DNA of 64,000 bases from positions 26,104,001-26,168,000 of the forward strand of contig CM052816.1 of NCBI GenBank assembly GCA_028534125.1. Reading direction: 5' to 3'. Positions 50,020 through 62,589 of this stretch are shown here, in pieces (the first letter of the stretch is position 1; every line of letters starts with the position of its first letter). Origin of the DNA: Lama glama. Taxonomy: Eukaryota. Below the pieces are notes generated by a model. The model had not been told where the DNA came from. It searched no databases and saw only the letters and a list, made by a program, of their open reading frames with translations. A program made the position numbers and the translations under genes.

Positions 50020-50185
50020 AGTGGTTCTCAGCCTTGGCTGGAAATTAGAATTCCCCAGGGGAGTAGTCATTTATTCTGTTGTCTGGGCTTCCCCTCCAAG
50101 GATCTTGATTTCATTGGTCTAGATGTGACGTAAGCATTGGCATTAAAAAAGAAAATCTCCTGAGATCCTGGTTGAGAACCAGTGT
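50020..50185. mobile_element. MER5 (hAT-Charlie)
   Basis: agtggttctcagccttggctg...ggttgagaaccagtg termini. Confidence 0.85.
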
Positions 50186-50449
50186 AGCCCAGTTTTCTTC
50201 ATTTCTAGAAACTGAAGCTAAGATGGTGAGGACTCAGCATATTAGAGTTTAGATAAATGCTCAGGTGTCCTGATTGGCTGGTTCAGAGCCCTTCCCACTA
50301 CATCTCAGTTTTTCTTGTAGTTGTACAGTCATGGACAGGAAAACCTGAGAATAATTTTCTCTAGCTTTTTCCTTTGTATTGATGGGTTGTTGGTTTCATG
50401 ATTACATTTATTCTTTTCCTACTTTCTTTTCCTGCTATGACAACTGTTG

Positions 50450-51960
50450 AATCAATCCTTTGATTTAATACTCCCCTTTTCATCTCCTCCCAACCCCCAG
50501 AAATACGCAGATAGACTTAAAAAATCAATTATTTGTTGGGCATTTTCAGTGATACCTGCCTTACCATTCATACTCAGAAACTGGCAGTGGATTGAAAGAG
50601 ACCTGGGATGGAAACAGAAGGATGAGTGGGCAAGAGATGAGACAAGACCTGGGGGCAAGGCAGCAGCAGAGCTGGAACATAGAACAGGAAGATCTAGTTC
50701 CTTCTGCCTTAGAATTTTTTGTTCACCACCAATGTAGTAAGACCCTCTTAAGCCCCAGAGATGTGGGAGGAGGGAAATATTTGCTACAAGCAGAGCAGGG
50801 CAGTAGAAATAATCTGCAAAGCTCAGGTGCCTGATACAGTTAATAATGGTGTCAACACAACTCTCATTTCTTGAGGCACTGAGACAACTAGTGCCAGGTC
50901 TTGAGTCATCGAAGGTCTCTGCTTCAGAAATAAAGGTGGCCCTGAAAAACATGTCACCTGGCTACTTTCATTTCCAAATGAGATGAAAGTTCACATCAGA
51001 GCAAATTCCCGTGGGAATCAGGCAGACAACTCAAATGCGTGGATCAGGTTGAGTGGAGGACCAATGGGAAGCAGGGTGCTGTGGCAAACTGGGCATCTAA
51101 AGGCTTCTTTATTTGTTTCTCTTTTTTAAATTAAAATGCTCTGTTTGTCAGGCAAAACTTTAAAGACCAAATCTGGCACGGGGCTGCCAGTTTGTGATCT
51201 CTGTTCCTAGTCACTGTAGTATTTTCATAACTTCCTTGCATTTGGATTATGGTGAAGCCCAGCCCCTCTGAGTACTCTTCCCTCATGATGTTACAAGGAT
51301 TTCCACAGATTGCTTAGATCGTAGAGTCCAGTGTTTCAAAACTGAATGAGGTCTGAGAGAGAGGGGTACCACCATTTCATTTTTATCGATGAGGAAGATG
51401 TTGCCCAGAGAGGTTAAGTGAAGTCTGCAAGGTTAAATAACCTGGTAAAAGAGAAGCCGTCTCAGATCCAGGGACCCAGAATCCCAGTCCGGCGTTACTG
51501 TTCCTGCACCACGCTGACGAGGCACTTTATGGAAAAAAAGCTTTATTGCATTAATTCTCCAAATGATCATTGCTTACCTGGAACCTTGCCTGCTTTTATT
51601 TTAATTGAGATTTTATTTTCACCTGCCTGGAGTAAGGAGAGCATTATGGTATTTTAAATGAGAACGAAGGAATTACCTGCGCTTCCAATATTAGCAGTTA
51701 TGTTCTGCTACAGATGCATGTGGACTATCTATTAGAAACATGTCGTGGGTGAACCAGAAACATTCCATACTAATTGTTATAAGCGTATTATCTATCAAAA
51801 TGTAAATTTCCCAAAGTGGGCTTTATGTGGATCATAATTTCTTTTATTACAAAATGGACTTGAAAACTCTGGCTGGCTCCTTGTCCTTATGTAAAACCTT
51901 CATTTCCTGTGGTGCCTCCAATTTATTTTTCCCAGCTCTAACAGCTTTCACACTGTGATT
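50450..51960 (-). mobile_element. Decayed non-LTR RT, minus strand (clade uncertain)
   Basis: AP.GNEGFT (~51890-51917), LIHAFELSA*FPREF (~51000-51047), SRPG..LS..CVDTII..IRHLSFAD (ORF 50452-50952). Confidence 0.4.
51310..51510. mobile_element. MIR
   Basis: tttcatttttatcgatgaggaagatgttgcccagagaggttaagtga. Confidence 0.8.
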
Positions 51961-52539
51961 TTCTATATCTGTTGCAAGTGCTCAACAATTTACAGAGAAA
52001 ATGTTAGTCCATGGCTTTCTGCTTTTAGCTTTTCATGTAGAAAGATTAAAGAATGAATGTGCAATCAGTAGATATATAGAAAACATCTCCTACTAGAATA
52101 AAATAGATGGTTCAACTTCTGAAACCCCAATGGAATTTATAATATCTACCTACAGCACTTCCTCTCTTTTATATTGTGCCTTCTGATAAATAGGCTCCCA
52201 GAAGAGACAATTTGGGAAGCTGGAAAGTACTTTATTTTTCTTTATAGCATGACATAGCATTGTCCGGGCCTTGCAGGTGGGAGAAACATGGGAAGCAGAA
52301 AGGCAGGAGGAGACCTCGGGCTGATAGTGACTGACAAATGAAAAGAAACTTTATACCACCTAATGTGAACCTTAAAGGCTAATGCACTTTTGGAAAATAG
52401 CAGAGAATTTGAGATTACACCTAGAATATTGATTATCAGCTGTTACTGCCTCGGGACTTAAAATCATGGTAATGCAGTCAGGCCCATGCTGATCCGTTTA
52501 GTTAGAGGCAAGGGCTGGTTCCTGATTTTGTATATGGTT

Positions 52540-52541
<2 letters not shown>

Positions 52542-52597
<56 letters not shown>

Positions 52598-52614
52598 CAG
52601 AGAGAGAGAGAGAG
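52542..52614. repeat. Compound (GT)n(GA)n microsatellite
   Basis: Directly visible. Confidence 0.98.
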
Positions 52615-53063
52615 ATTTTTGCATTTCTTTAGTAAGAACCCTTGCATGTGTGAATGTGGTTTTCTTTGAGGTTGGATCTGTAAAAGCACAGCAAAAACAA
52701 AGGGAAGTATTCAGCCTATCTATAGGGGGAATACTTCGCAGGCTCCAGGGATGCTATTGATGTTATTAGATCTCCAATCCAATCTGTCTGCATCAGATCT
52801 ACCTGACCTACACCTCTCCTTCAGAAACAAGAGCTACTAGTTCAGAAATGCATGACTGTAAAAGCTTTTTATTTACATCTTTATTTTGTACCTTTTTGAT
52901 TAGGGGATATCTGATGGGAATATGTGAAATGATCTGCAGGTTCTAACCTATCTGCCCTAAAGCAGGGTGTGAAAGCACATTTGAAAGCACATTCTCACTG
53001 CCAGGTTATGAAGGTGATTGGAGAAGCACCGTGATTGGATGCGGAACAGGTGAGGACTGAAAC

Positions 53064-53448
53064 AGTGGTTTGGGGGGCTGAATTATGTCCCTTCAAAATT
53101 TGTATGTTGAAGTCCTAACCCCCAGTACCACCAACTGTGACTGCATTTGGAGATGGCGCTTTTAAAGAAGGAAGTAATATAAAATGAGGTCATGTGGATG
53201 AGCCTGAATCCAATATGAGTGGTATCCTTAGAAGAAGAGGAAATCAGGGCACAGGCAGATGCAGAGAAAGGACCACTGGGTGAAGACAGCCATTTACAAG
53301 CCAAAGAAATTAGTCTTAGTAGAAACCAACTCTGCTCACACCTTGATCTCCAACTTCTAGCTTCCAGAACTGTGGGGAAATAAGTTTCTCTTGTTTAATC
53401 CACCCAGCCTGTGGGAATCTGTGATGGCGATCCTAGCAGACTGATACT
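53064..53448 (+). mobile_element. MLT1 (A/B-like) solo LTR
   Basis: gggctgaattatgtcccttcaaaatttgtatgttgaagtcctaacccccagtacc...cctagcagactgatact. Confidence 0.92.
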
Positions 53449-53984
53449 ATGAGCTTTAAGACTGTATCAGCTTAATTTTAAATGATCTGTTTTATGTGGT
53501 GGTTGACTTTCTCCTATGAGTCTCATATCCAGCCCCTTCTTTATGTCTGTCACGACTGCTATTACACTTTTAAAGGCCATCTTCATTTTTTGCCTGGACG
53601 ACAATTGGGCAATAAGGAGAATGTACTGGTCCAGGGATGGGCAGGAGCCTTAGCAGCCATGCAGTGGAAGTGATGGGTAAGGAAGGTAGAGAAGGGTTTG
53701 GGAGAAAATTCTCACTGTCTCACGAGCCACATCTCCCTCTACCCCTCCCATCTCCTGCCTGGTGGTTATGAGTACAGATTAGGCAAGACATTAAAATAGA
53801 GGACTGTTGGTATTATAAATATATCATAATAGATAGTAATACACATTTGAAATGAGAATGCATCTTCACTTTTGTTAATCCAGTAAGCGGAGGGAGAGAT
53901 CATATTGGCTAAAACTTTTGTGAAATTCAGATTTAAGCTGAATGTTGAGGCAGTGCCCAGGGGATAGGGATGTACACCCTTGCT

Positions 53985-54140
53985 GCTCATATTACAGTTC
54001 ACAGATCAGTAGCATCAACATCCCTTTGAAATTTGTTTGAAATGCAGAATTTGGGGCCCTACCCCAGAGTTACTGAACCAGAATTTGTATTTTAACTGGA
54101 TCTGCAATCATGCAAATTAAAATTTGAGAGGTACTAATGT
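53985..54140. mobile_element. MER5A-like
   Basis: gaaatgcagaatttggggccctaccccagagttactgaaccagaa. Confidence 0.8.
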
Positions 54141-55923
54141 ATAGTCTCAAGTAAGAAACATCCATCAAGGAAGGGATCCTAACTTAAGGAGAAGATGAGT
54201 AGGATCGTCTCACAGGGCAGTTGGTGGAGTTAATGTCTCCCTAAGGTAGAAGGTTCTAGAGCCGGAACCCATAGTTTAAGCTTCTGGCTCTCACGACCAG
54301 CGTTCTCCAAGATGGAACAGGCAACAGATGCGTTCTTCTAGGAGTTCCTTGAGTGGTGTCACAGTTACCCATCCATCTTCCCATGAGCTCCGAGCCACAG
54401 GAACTTAAATCTGCCAGTTCCCAGCTCCCCTTATACATGTGCCTCCTCACCCCAGCTCTACTCTGTGCATCTCACATAGGGAGGAGAGGAGAGGAAGAAT
54501 GACTGGGAGAAGCTAAGAGAGTCACAGGAGGACTTTTCTTACATTATTTTATTCCTAACTGACTCCAGAGTAAAAAAGTCCTAGGAGGACAACATAGACC
54601 ACTTGACTAATGAGTTGAGGTTCTTTTCAAAACTCAAAATACTGAGACCTGGAACACATGATGGCAGGCACCATACTTTGTTACCATTATGGCCATTTTC
54701 ACTCTCTTTAAATAAGAGTTTCTTCGGTGTCCTTCTACTAAGGAAAATGAAATCTATAAAATATGTAAAAAAAAAATCTCTTCGGTGTCCACTGCTTGGC
54801 CTATATGATCTTTGTTCTTAAATCAGTCCTACAGGAAGATGTTGTCATTTTCGTATGTCTGAAGTGACAAGCGAGGTTCAAGCATTGCACATTTGTGCCA
54901 AAGTTGAGATTCCACTGGAGGGTCAACTCCAAAGCCTGTAGTGTGTGTCCTAAGCTGTGTCTCTACTCATCCACCATTCTTCCTCCCTCCTCTGCCTTCC
55001 CTCCTTTTATAATGCCCTGCTGAGCATTCACAAAAAGGACCACTTCTTCTGGGACCTCAGCATTCTCACCTCAACATGTTGGAACAGATGCTTTTTGAGA
55101 TACCATCAAGCTCCCTGTTTCTATAATTTACTAAAAAGCCAACTCTGCACAAGCAGCTTACTCAGCCATTTAACTCTTAAAGTTTGTTGAAGTATTGCAT
55201 CTTTAAATGTGAAAAAGCAGAAATCGGCAGTGGCGGGCATCCAGGTATACACAGAACAAAAACCGATGTGATCTGTACATGCTGCATCTCCCTATTCCTT
55301 TCATCCTTTGCCTCTGGTGGATGGATGAAGCCTTGAAAGATATCAGGGGAAGGGCTTTGGTTCACAGTGCAGAATTGGGCAGAGAGGAGGTGGAAAGGAG
55401 AAGGAGCTTTGGAGAGGAAGGTTCAGAGCAAACATAGGCAGATGATGTACTAAGGTGGCCACCTGTCTATTGCTCTAGCAACGTAAAAAGTTGAAAATCA
55501 GATTATAGAAAAACTTACTGATGTGATAATTTCTGGAAATGGAAGAAAGACAAACAGTTGGTGAGAGCAGGGTGTTGGAGGTGGAGATGTGCCAAAGTGG
55601 ACGTTTCCTACTCCACAGTTTTGCTTTCCAATGAAAAAACAGTGCCATCCTCCTCCTTTCACACGGCTTCAAAACGTCAAGACCACTCACAAATGTTGCT
55701 GACTGCATCTTTTGCAGAGCAAAGACTGTTAACAGTCATGTTAATGAAAGAGTATACAAAAAAATCAAGCAACATTTTAAGATGTTGACTTAATTTATCT
55801 TAAAATTGAAAGGGTAGAATTGAGAAAGTAAAGGTTGGTGTTTTCAAAAACATAAGGCTGAATTTGGATACTGTTGGAAAAAGCAAGAGACCAACAATGC
55901 CAGTAATAAATAATAGTGTATAT

Positions 55924-56390
55924 TGTGAAATAAACTTCATATTTTATGACAAGACAAGAAAAGTTTAAACATAAAAGATTCTTCTCTGCCCCTTGGCCTC
56001 CTCACCCCTCACTGTGCATTGTGTGTCTGCGTAAAGCATCCACCAAACCTCCCCCAAGGGCAGGAACACCTGCTCAACCATCAAGAGCACCATTCTCCTA
56101 CCATCAACAAGTCAGCTCCTTAAAAGATAACATTCCTTCTTGATCTTGTAAGGGGTCACGAGACCCACCAGGATGCCTCTTAGGTCTGGGTTGTGTAAAC
56201 TGTCAATAATACCTCATTTGATGGACAGCCCTCTGTCTCAAAAAACCGACAGATTTGTGCCTTGATTTCTAACCAGTGGAAGAGCTCTTGGAGCTTTCTC
56301 AGATGTTCTTCCTGGGTTATAATCCTCAAATTTGGCTCAAATAAAAATTTCCATTTCTTTCTTAGATCAATGGATAATTTTTTGTTGACA
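55924..56390 (+). mobile_element. ERV1-type solo LTR
   Basis: TG...CA termini (tgtgaaat...ttgttgaca), aataaa near the 3' end, typical tcctgggttataatcctcaaatttggctcaaataaaa. Confidence 0.8.
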
Positions 56391-57504
56391 GTGTCAATGC
56401 CTTCTTACAATTTACTGTCCTATGGAGCCCTTGGTCCTCTAAGCAAACATTAGGAATACTTGAGTCCAATCTATCACGTTAGTAGAAATGCAAAATAAAG
56501 CCTAGATTGGATCAAATAGGAGGTGTTGCCTTCCTTTCCAATGAGAAGCCAGAGTACAATTAATGAAAGCTATGTAAATGTGCTCCAGGCTGTTCACATT
56601 ACAAAGAGAGTTCAGGAAGGGGATAAAAAATCAGGAGAATAGGATCCACAATCAATTATGGAGAGGGTCCTCCTATCTCGGACAGGCACACACATTTTGA
56701 TATCTCATCAGGGAACCAATTGCATCCAGGCGTCTTTTGGAAGAAACATGTAGGAACATGCTCTGTCCTATTTGGGGAATGATACAAGGGGGCTATTTTT
56801 GAATGATTAATTAAAGGGAATCAATCTTCATTGCTCAGCTCCTGACGTGAAAAGCGCCAGGCCTGGGCAATAATCACGTGCAATTATTCAACTACTCCTT
56901 TGGCAAGGACAACGTAATTAGTCCTGGTGGTGTCGAGAGATTCTCTTTATTCCCAACAAATTGGCAGTTTTAATCAAGTGTTGCTGGAAATTTATCATAA
57001 CACAGGGAAAACAATAGGTGAAGGTACAGGGCCCCAAGCTGTGTGACTCCGATCTACAATGGTACAAATTTACAATGCTAACAACATGATAAATACCACC
57101 AATCCGTGAAGGCGTTGATTATAATTTCATATCAGCACCAAGCCTTGGCAGTGCTTATTTGTTTAGAGACCGGGCTGTAACCCTTTGTGTGCTGACTCAC
57201 GTTTGTTTGAAGAAGCTGAGGTGAGCCCTGGGCACTGAGGGGCTGGATCTTAGAAGGTCTAAAAGCTTGGGGCACAGGGGAAGAATCCAGAGATGTCACC
57301 TCCTCCAGTTTGAGTCTGGGAGCGGCTGTTTGCAGCAGAGAGAAGGCAAAAAGCACGCTTATCAAGGTTCATGCTTGTGCTGTTTCACTCGGAGGAGTCT
57401 TCCGCAGTGATGATTTTCCGGATGTCCCAGGATAGACCTTTTTTCCACTCTCTCTCCCTGCTTTTTTCATGTATCTGTGTGCCTCCTCCAATCTGCTTCA
57501 ACAT

Positions 57505-57730
57505 AATAGCTAATATTTATTAAGCAGTTATAACATGCCAGGTGTTAAACCTATGTTGTCTAGTTTTATCTCCTCTAATACCTTAGGCTAGAAAACTACT
57601 ATTATTTTTTTCAGCCCTGATTTTACAGATGAGGAGATTGAGGCTTGGGAAACATAGGGTAGCAGAGCAAGGATCACAAGCGCAGGTGGCTGCATGCCAG
57701 GTTTGTGAGCTGTCCCACCATCCTGTACCA
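57505..57730. mobile_element. MIR
   Basis: attttacagatgaggagattgaggctt. Confidence 0.85.
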
Positions 57731-57984
57731 CCTCCTGCTCTTTCACAGGCTGGTGCTCCTTATACTTAGAGGCGGGTCAATAAACAGGTAGACTGACTTT
57801 ATATGCTTTTTGACCTGAGCTAGATTGCCACTGCCTGTGTTATTCTTATTCCAGGAAGAAATCATCTCTGTTACATTCAGGGCATTGTATGTTTCAAGAT
57901 GTACTTTTTAAACTAGCATACATCTATGTGCCTTTGTGTGAGATGGGGGGAGAGTGTGTGTGGAGAGGTGGGGTATGCAGAAAG

Positions 57985-58425
57985 CCAGAATTTCTCAACC
58001 TTACCCCATTGATAAGAATTACCAGGAATCCGTGTTAAAATTCAGGTTCCCAGGCCCCACTCCACCTCTACCACATCAGATCCACAGAGAGGGGCCTGGG
58101 AATCTGCTGAGAATGTGCTCCAGGAATATCCCATGTTCATGCTCTAAGGCAGAATATTTCATAGTGTGTTCCCCCAAGAGTCGTTTCCATAGGATAGTGA
58201 TTATTCTTTGGAGCACATTTCCCCAGTCAGATAATTTAGGCATATATGGACTCAATGATATTTAACACTTTTCTTCTAAGAGACTACATTTTATGCACAG
58301 TGAGATGATCAGGAAGTAATTGTGGTACTCAGATGTTTCCCTAAGTCCTTTGGCTATGATGTTCTTTCTTCAAGGAGCATCTCCTGGGACTGGGGATTTG
58401 CACAGTATACCCTGGGAGATCCAGT
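57985..58425. mobile_element. hAT-Charlie MITEs (MER5-like plus a second element)
   Basis: caggttcccaggccccactcc...ggggcctgggaatctg; caaggagcatctcctgggactg. Confidence 0.65.
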
Positions 58426-61400
58426 TCCACAGAAGGCTTAATGAAATATGAGCATCACTGTTAGCTTGAACAGTTATGGAATGATTTGGGGACATAATCA
58501 CTGGTATCTCTTCTCTGAAGGTATTGACAGCAATTTCTGGAAAACATTTATAAGGAAATAGTGTTAAATTTACCCAGAAATTAGAAAGTGTGCTGGATTT
58601 GCTTATTTCAGGTGAGCTTTGGAAATGTGTTAAGTATCTATCTGATGTGAGATTTTAACAGCCTGTCCTTATAGTTGTGTTGGAATAGTCCTTAGGAATT
58701 AAACCATTATCCAATTTTTCTTTTTCTCTTTCTGCTGTCATAGTAGCAGTACAGTTTGGGGGAAAAAAAAGTGGTTATTTAAAGGCTGTTTTGGCATTCA
58801 GAAGGAGTCTGGGATCCTAGGCTGAAAAGGGTTGGAAACATATCTCATAAATCAAAGGATGTTAGCCCAAATCCCATTGCTTCAAGGTGAGCCCTCTTCC
58901 AAACAAGATCTCAAAACCCCGAGGAGTCATGATCAGTACGGTTAACACCAAAGCAGCTGATTTCTGGCCTTTGTAAAATGCAGCGTCCTTAAAGCAGGCT
59001 TCAGGAAGGAACACCTCAAGAACTAACTCCCCAACCCAGCAGATCTCATTTGTGGATGAGGCCTTGTCAGTTGCAGCCCTGATCTCACTTTCACTCCTTT
59101 GTTCTACTTGTTGCAAGAAGGAACATCTGGCACAGGGCCTGGAAAGCAGACTCCATCCTCCCATCGCACCTGCCCCAGGAGGAGAAGGAGGAATGCTTTA
59201 CTGACAAAAGGTAGGATTTTCAGAACAGCATTCCCACCCATTAAAGCAGCTTGTTTGATCCCTTCAAAGCTCAAGATCAAAGGGAGGCTTTTCCGGAGCT
59301 GCCAACTCATAAAGCTCCAGGCAGAGAGAAGGACCTCTGTTTTCACACTGCCAGGTGGACTCACCCTTCCAATTCTCAGCCAGGGGAGGGGCCTTGGGCG
59401 GGAGGGCTTTCTCACATCTGGCTGGTGCCATTTGGATCCTGGACCTTCTCAGAAAAGCAGGAGATCTCCAGGAAGATCTTGGCAAGTCAGAACCACAATT
59501 TGGCAAAGAACCCCTCAAATCTTCTCTCTCTCCTCACCTGGAGAACCGGTTGCCAGTGTTCATTTTATTTCCTAATCCCAGAGGCATGACCCACGTTTCT
59601 GTGCACAGGAAAAGCTACCAGCTCCTTTCCTCCCCCATAATTTACAAATTCAGTCATGAGAAAACAATCCTGTAGTCTTAAGAGTATTTAAAAATCTCCA
59701 CTTTATGAGATACTTGCTGGCTTTGACTATAACGGAATGTACGGAGCAGGGAAGGGAATTTGGACGAGCTTTCCTGAGAAAGTGTGATGAGCGAATTCTG
59801 AGCCCCCTCAGCCTGACGCCACGTCCCTGCCAGTAGCAGAGCCCTCTTGGTCCCAGGCCAGTGCCACATGCTGACTCTGGCCACAGTGCAAGGAGTAGTG
59901 GGGTAGCTTTTTTTGGTAGAGAGGCAGCCAGGGTGTGACTTCCTCTGGCAAGGGCTATGCAGTGCTAGAGAAGATTTTTTTTATTTAAAAATAATAGCCA
60001 CCTCCTCCCACACACAAACATTCATAAATACATCCAGAAAAAAAACAATAAAAATTAAAAACTGCCCAGCTGCTGGAAGTAATACAGGATTGTATAAAGT
60101 CACCTTGGATTTGCATCAGACAGTCCACACATCTTAAGCACAGAATCTAGTAAGAGGATACAGGTGGGGAAGTTCAAAGTAAGTATATATTTGTAGGGGA
60201 AAGGAGAGAGGAGAAGAAATACTCCCTGGACACCTGAAAATAAGAACAGAAACCAGACAAGACAAAGGCCAAGGGAATGGAGTGCAGAAAACCAATTTCT
60301 GGAGGTCTGGAGTGGTGCGGGGCTGGGGTGCAGCAGCACTAAGCCTGCTATGGGTCTGGGGACTCAGTGTGTCCTGGGACAAATTTTTCCCATAGTAAAA
60401 ATCTTCTTGGAAACAAAATAGGTGGCGTCACAGGATTCTATAAACAGAAACTTAATGAAGCTTAAAAAAAAATTTTTTTTTTTTAGCATTATCTCTTTTC
60501 CAGGCTTTGTGTATGAGGCCACTTGGAGAGAGGGATAAGTAGAGAAAAACTACACTCATTCAGGGGCTTGGCTGTGGTTAGAGGTGTGGAGAGGTGGAAT
60601 CATCCATCAACCTAGAGGGAAAGGTAGGGACCTTAGTGACAGGCAGGGTCACACTGCGAGAAGTGAAGCAGTGAGGAGAGTGAACAGCGGGGAACAAAGC
60701 AGGGAGCAGGCGAGCATTCGGTCCTTGTGCATCTCCTTGGGCAGAGCTCCAGCTGGTGGGAGGAAGTCACTGAGTCATTGTCTTCCTGGGCTCCTCCTGG
60801 GTGGTAGCTCTGCTCCTGTTTCCGTAGCTGGACTTCAGCCACGGTGCAAAAGAGAATGTGATGGTTAGAACTCACCTATCTATCACCCACAGTCTGCGTA
60901 GGTTTCTGCCTTGAGGCAACAAAGGGAAAGAAGGAGCGATGGTAAATAGTGAGACCATGAGATATAAACAAAGCCCTTTGGCAGCTAGGACACAGAGTGG
61001 CCAAGTTCAGGTTGGGGCTCTGCACCCGGCTCTTGAAATCTCTGCTGGGGGACAACAGAGCCAAGCCTTCTGCTTCACTGCCGTCCTTTGCACCCTAAGA
61101 AGGCAGCCAGGGTTTTCCGCCAAAGTAAAACTCTCTTGGGTCTCATTTTTTCTGTACGTTGGAGGTAGCATTTTAGCAGGTTATTGGCTGCAGTTCAGAG
61201 TCTATGACAGATGTGTCGGCAAACATGTGCTTTCAAGGAGGGAGCACAAATGTAGGGGAGGTTCCTCATAGTCCCTAATTCCAACATTTCCAATTTTGGG
61301 TGAGATTATATTCCCTTAAAAAATGGAGTCCTTTCTCAAAGAAGATAATGAACAAGAGAGCCCTCCCCCATTCAGTTTTAGATGCACCAACTTGTAAAGT

Positions 61401-61629
61401 ATTGAAGCTAAAAAAGCATCTTAGTTTGGTTGTTTGTTTTCTCAGTTTCCTATAAGAAATTGAGGCCCAAGAAAAACAGTTGACCTGCTCAGGCCTGGAG
61501 TGATGGGTGATCAATATGACTTGTGGCTACAGGACACATTGAAGTAGATGAGGTCATTTTGATCGGTTGTGGTCCCTTGTCGAATTGGGAGGTGATTACT
61601 CAACAACGATTAGAACCATGTCTGTCCAA

Positions 61630-62460
61630 AGCATCATTGAATTCACATTGCTTAACCAGGTCCTGGCACATGGTAGAGACTGTAAAACATTGTCTCTCAC
61701 AATTTATGTTTAATCCTTCAGCAAGTCCTTATGGCTTCTCTTTCAAAATATATCCTCAACCCAGAAACTTCTTACCTCCTCCACTGGTACCACCTGGGAC
61801 TCTACCGATGTCATCTCTCACTTGGATTATTGCAGCCATGGCTATATGCGACTTGCTGTCTGTCATTACCACCACCTCCTCCATATAATCTGTTCTTCCC
61901 GCAGCAGCCAGAATAGTCTGTTTAAAGGGTAAAACAAGTGATGTCAAAACCCTTGTGCTCAAAGCCGTCCAATGGCTTCCTTATCCCCAGCACACATGTC
62001 ATCAACTAACTCCATCTCCTCCCAGACTTGCCCTCTGCTCCAGCCACATGGAACCCCTTGCTGTTCCTCCAGTAAGCAAGGCCTTCTACCATGTCACGGC
62101 TCTAACAATTACTGTTTTATCTGCCTGGAGTCTCTTCCCCCAGCTATCTGCTGGGCTCTGTTTTACCTTTCACAGACCTTTGCTCGCCGTCATCTCAGCA
62201 ATGCCTTTCCTGACCATCCTGTTTAAACTATACGCACTCACTCTATGGCTTTCATCTCCCTTCCCTGCCTCATTAGCCTCCAGAACACTTGTCATCTGAT
62301 ATTCTATGTAATTTACTTGATTACTCTTCCTCTCCCACTGGAATGTAAAGAACATGAGGTCAGGGATTTTTGTTTGATTTGGTATATCCCCAGTGATTAA
62401 AAAATAGCTGATACCTAGTAGGCATTGGATTAATATTTGTTCAGTAAAGAAATGGAAGAA
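61630..62460 (+). mobile_element. L2 3' region
   Basis: catctctcacttggattattgcagcc...gcagcagccagaatagtctgtttaaa...ctcccactggaatgtaa...aatatttgttcagtaaa. Confidence 0.9.
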
Positions 62461-62589
62461 CAGATAAAACAGATCTTTGATGCAAAAGATTAGTTTATGG
62501 CAAATTCATGCTTTTTTCTACTTAAATAATTAAATTATTATGCATTTGCCTGTCTTAAAATTATTTTTCATAGAAAACCCATGGTGACA

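Larger units (their letters stand above)
52780..56690 (+). mobile_element. Second decayed RTE-clade LINE (EN plus RT), split by MLT1, MER5, MIR and an ERV1 LTR
   Basis: IRST*PT..KAFY (52792-52873), KVIG (53011), LK..RPGTHDG (54633), DHFF (55038), KTDV..CCISLF..MDEALKD (55259-55340), *ADDVL (55435), KLKI, RAKTV..NERVYK (55716-55760), G*IW (55856), NAF (56396). Confidence 0.6.
56690..60700 (+). mobile_element. Decayed I-clade-like LINE (EN, RT, probable RNase H), split by MIR and hAT insertions
   Basis: EN-like VAGNL..GPKL..LCADS (56980-57200); RT LFKGCF..G*K (58776), IPLL (58870), AGFRKEH (58994), IWH.GLESRL (59125), *SLQSS (59256), WCH..QKS (59424), FDY..YGA..LDEL (59722-59770); weak RNase H-like SVSW..SQDS..W..PS..G..AR (60365-60665). 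Confidence 0.55.

Noticed and set aside
50452..50952. Longest ORF (166 aa) as a host exon
   Set aside because: No recognisable cellular domain or supported splice structure; only RT-like remnants
59099..59675. Cluster of overlapping 100-158 aa ORFs as a gene
   Set aside because: Locally higher GC reduces stop frequency; motifs are spread across frames, as expected for a decayed RT
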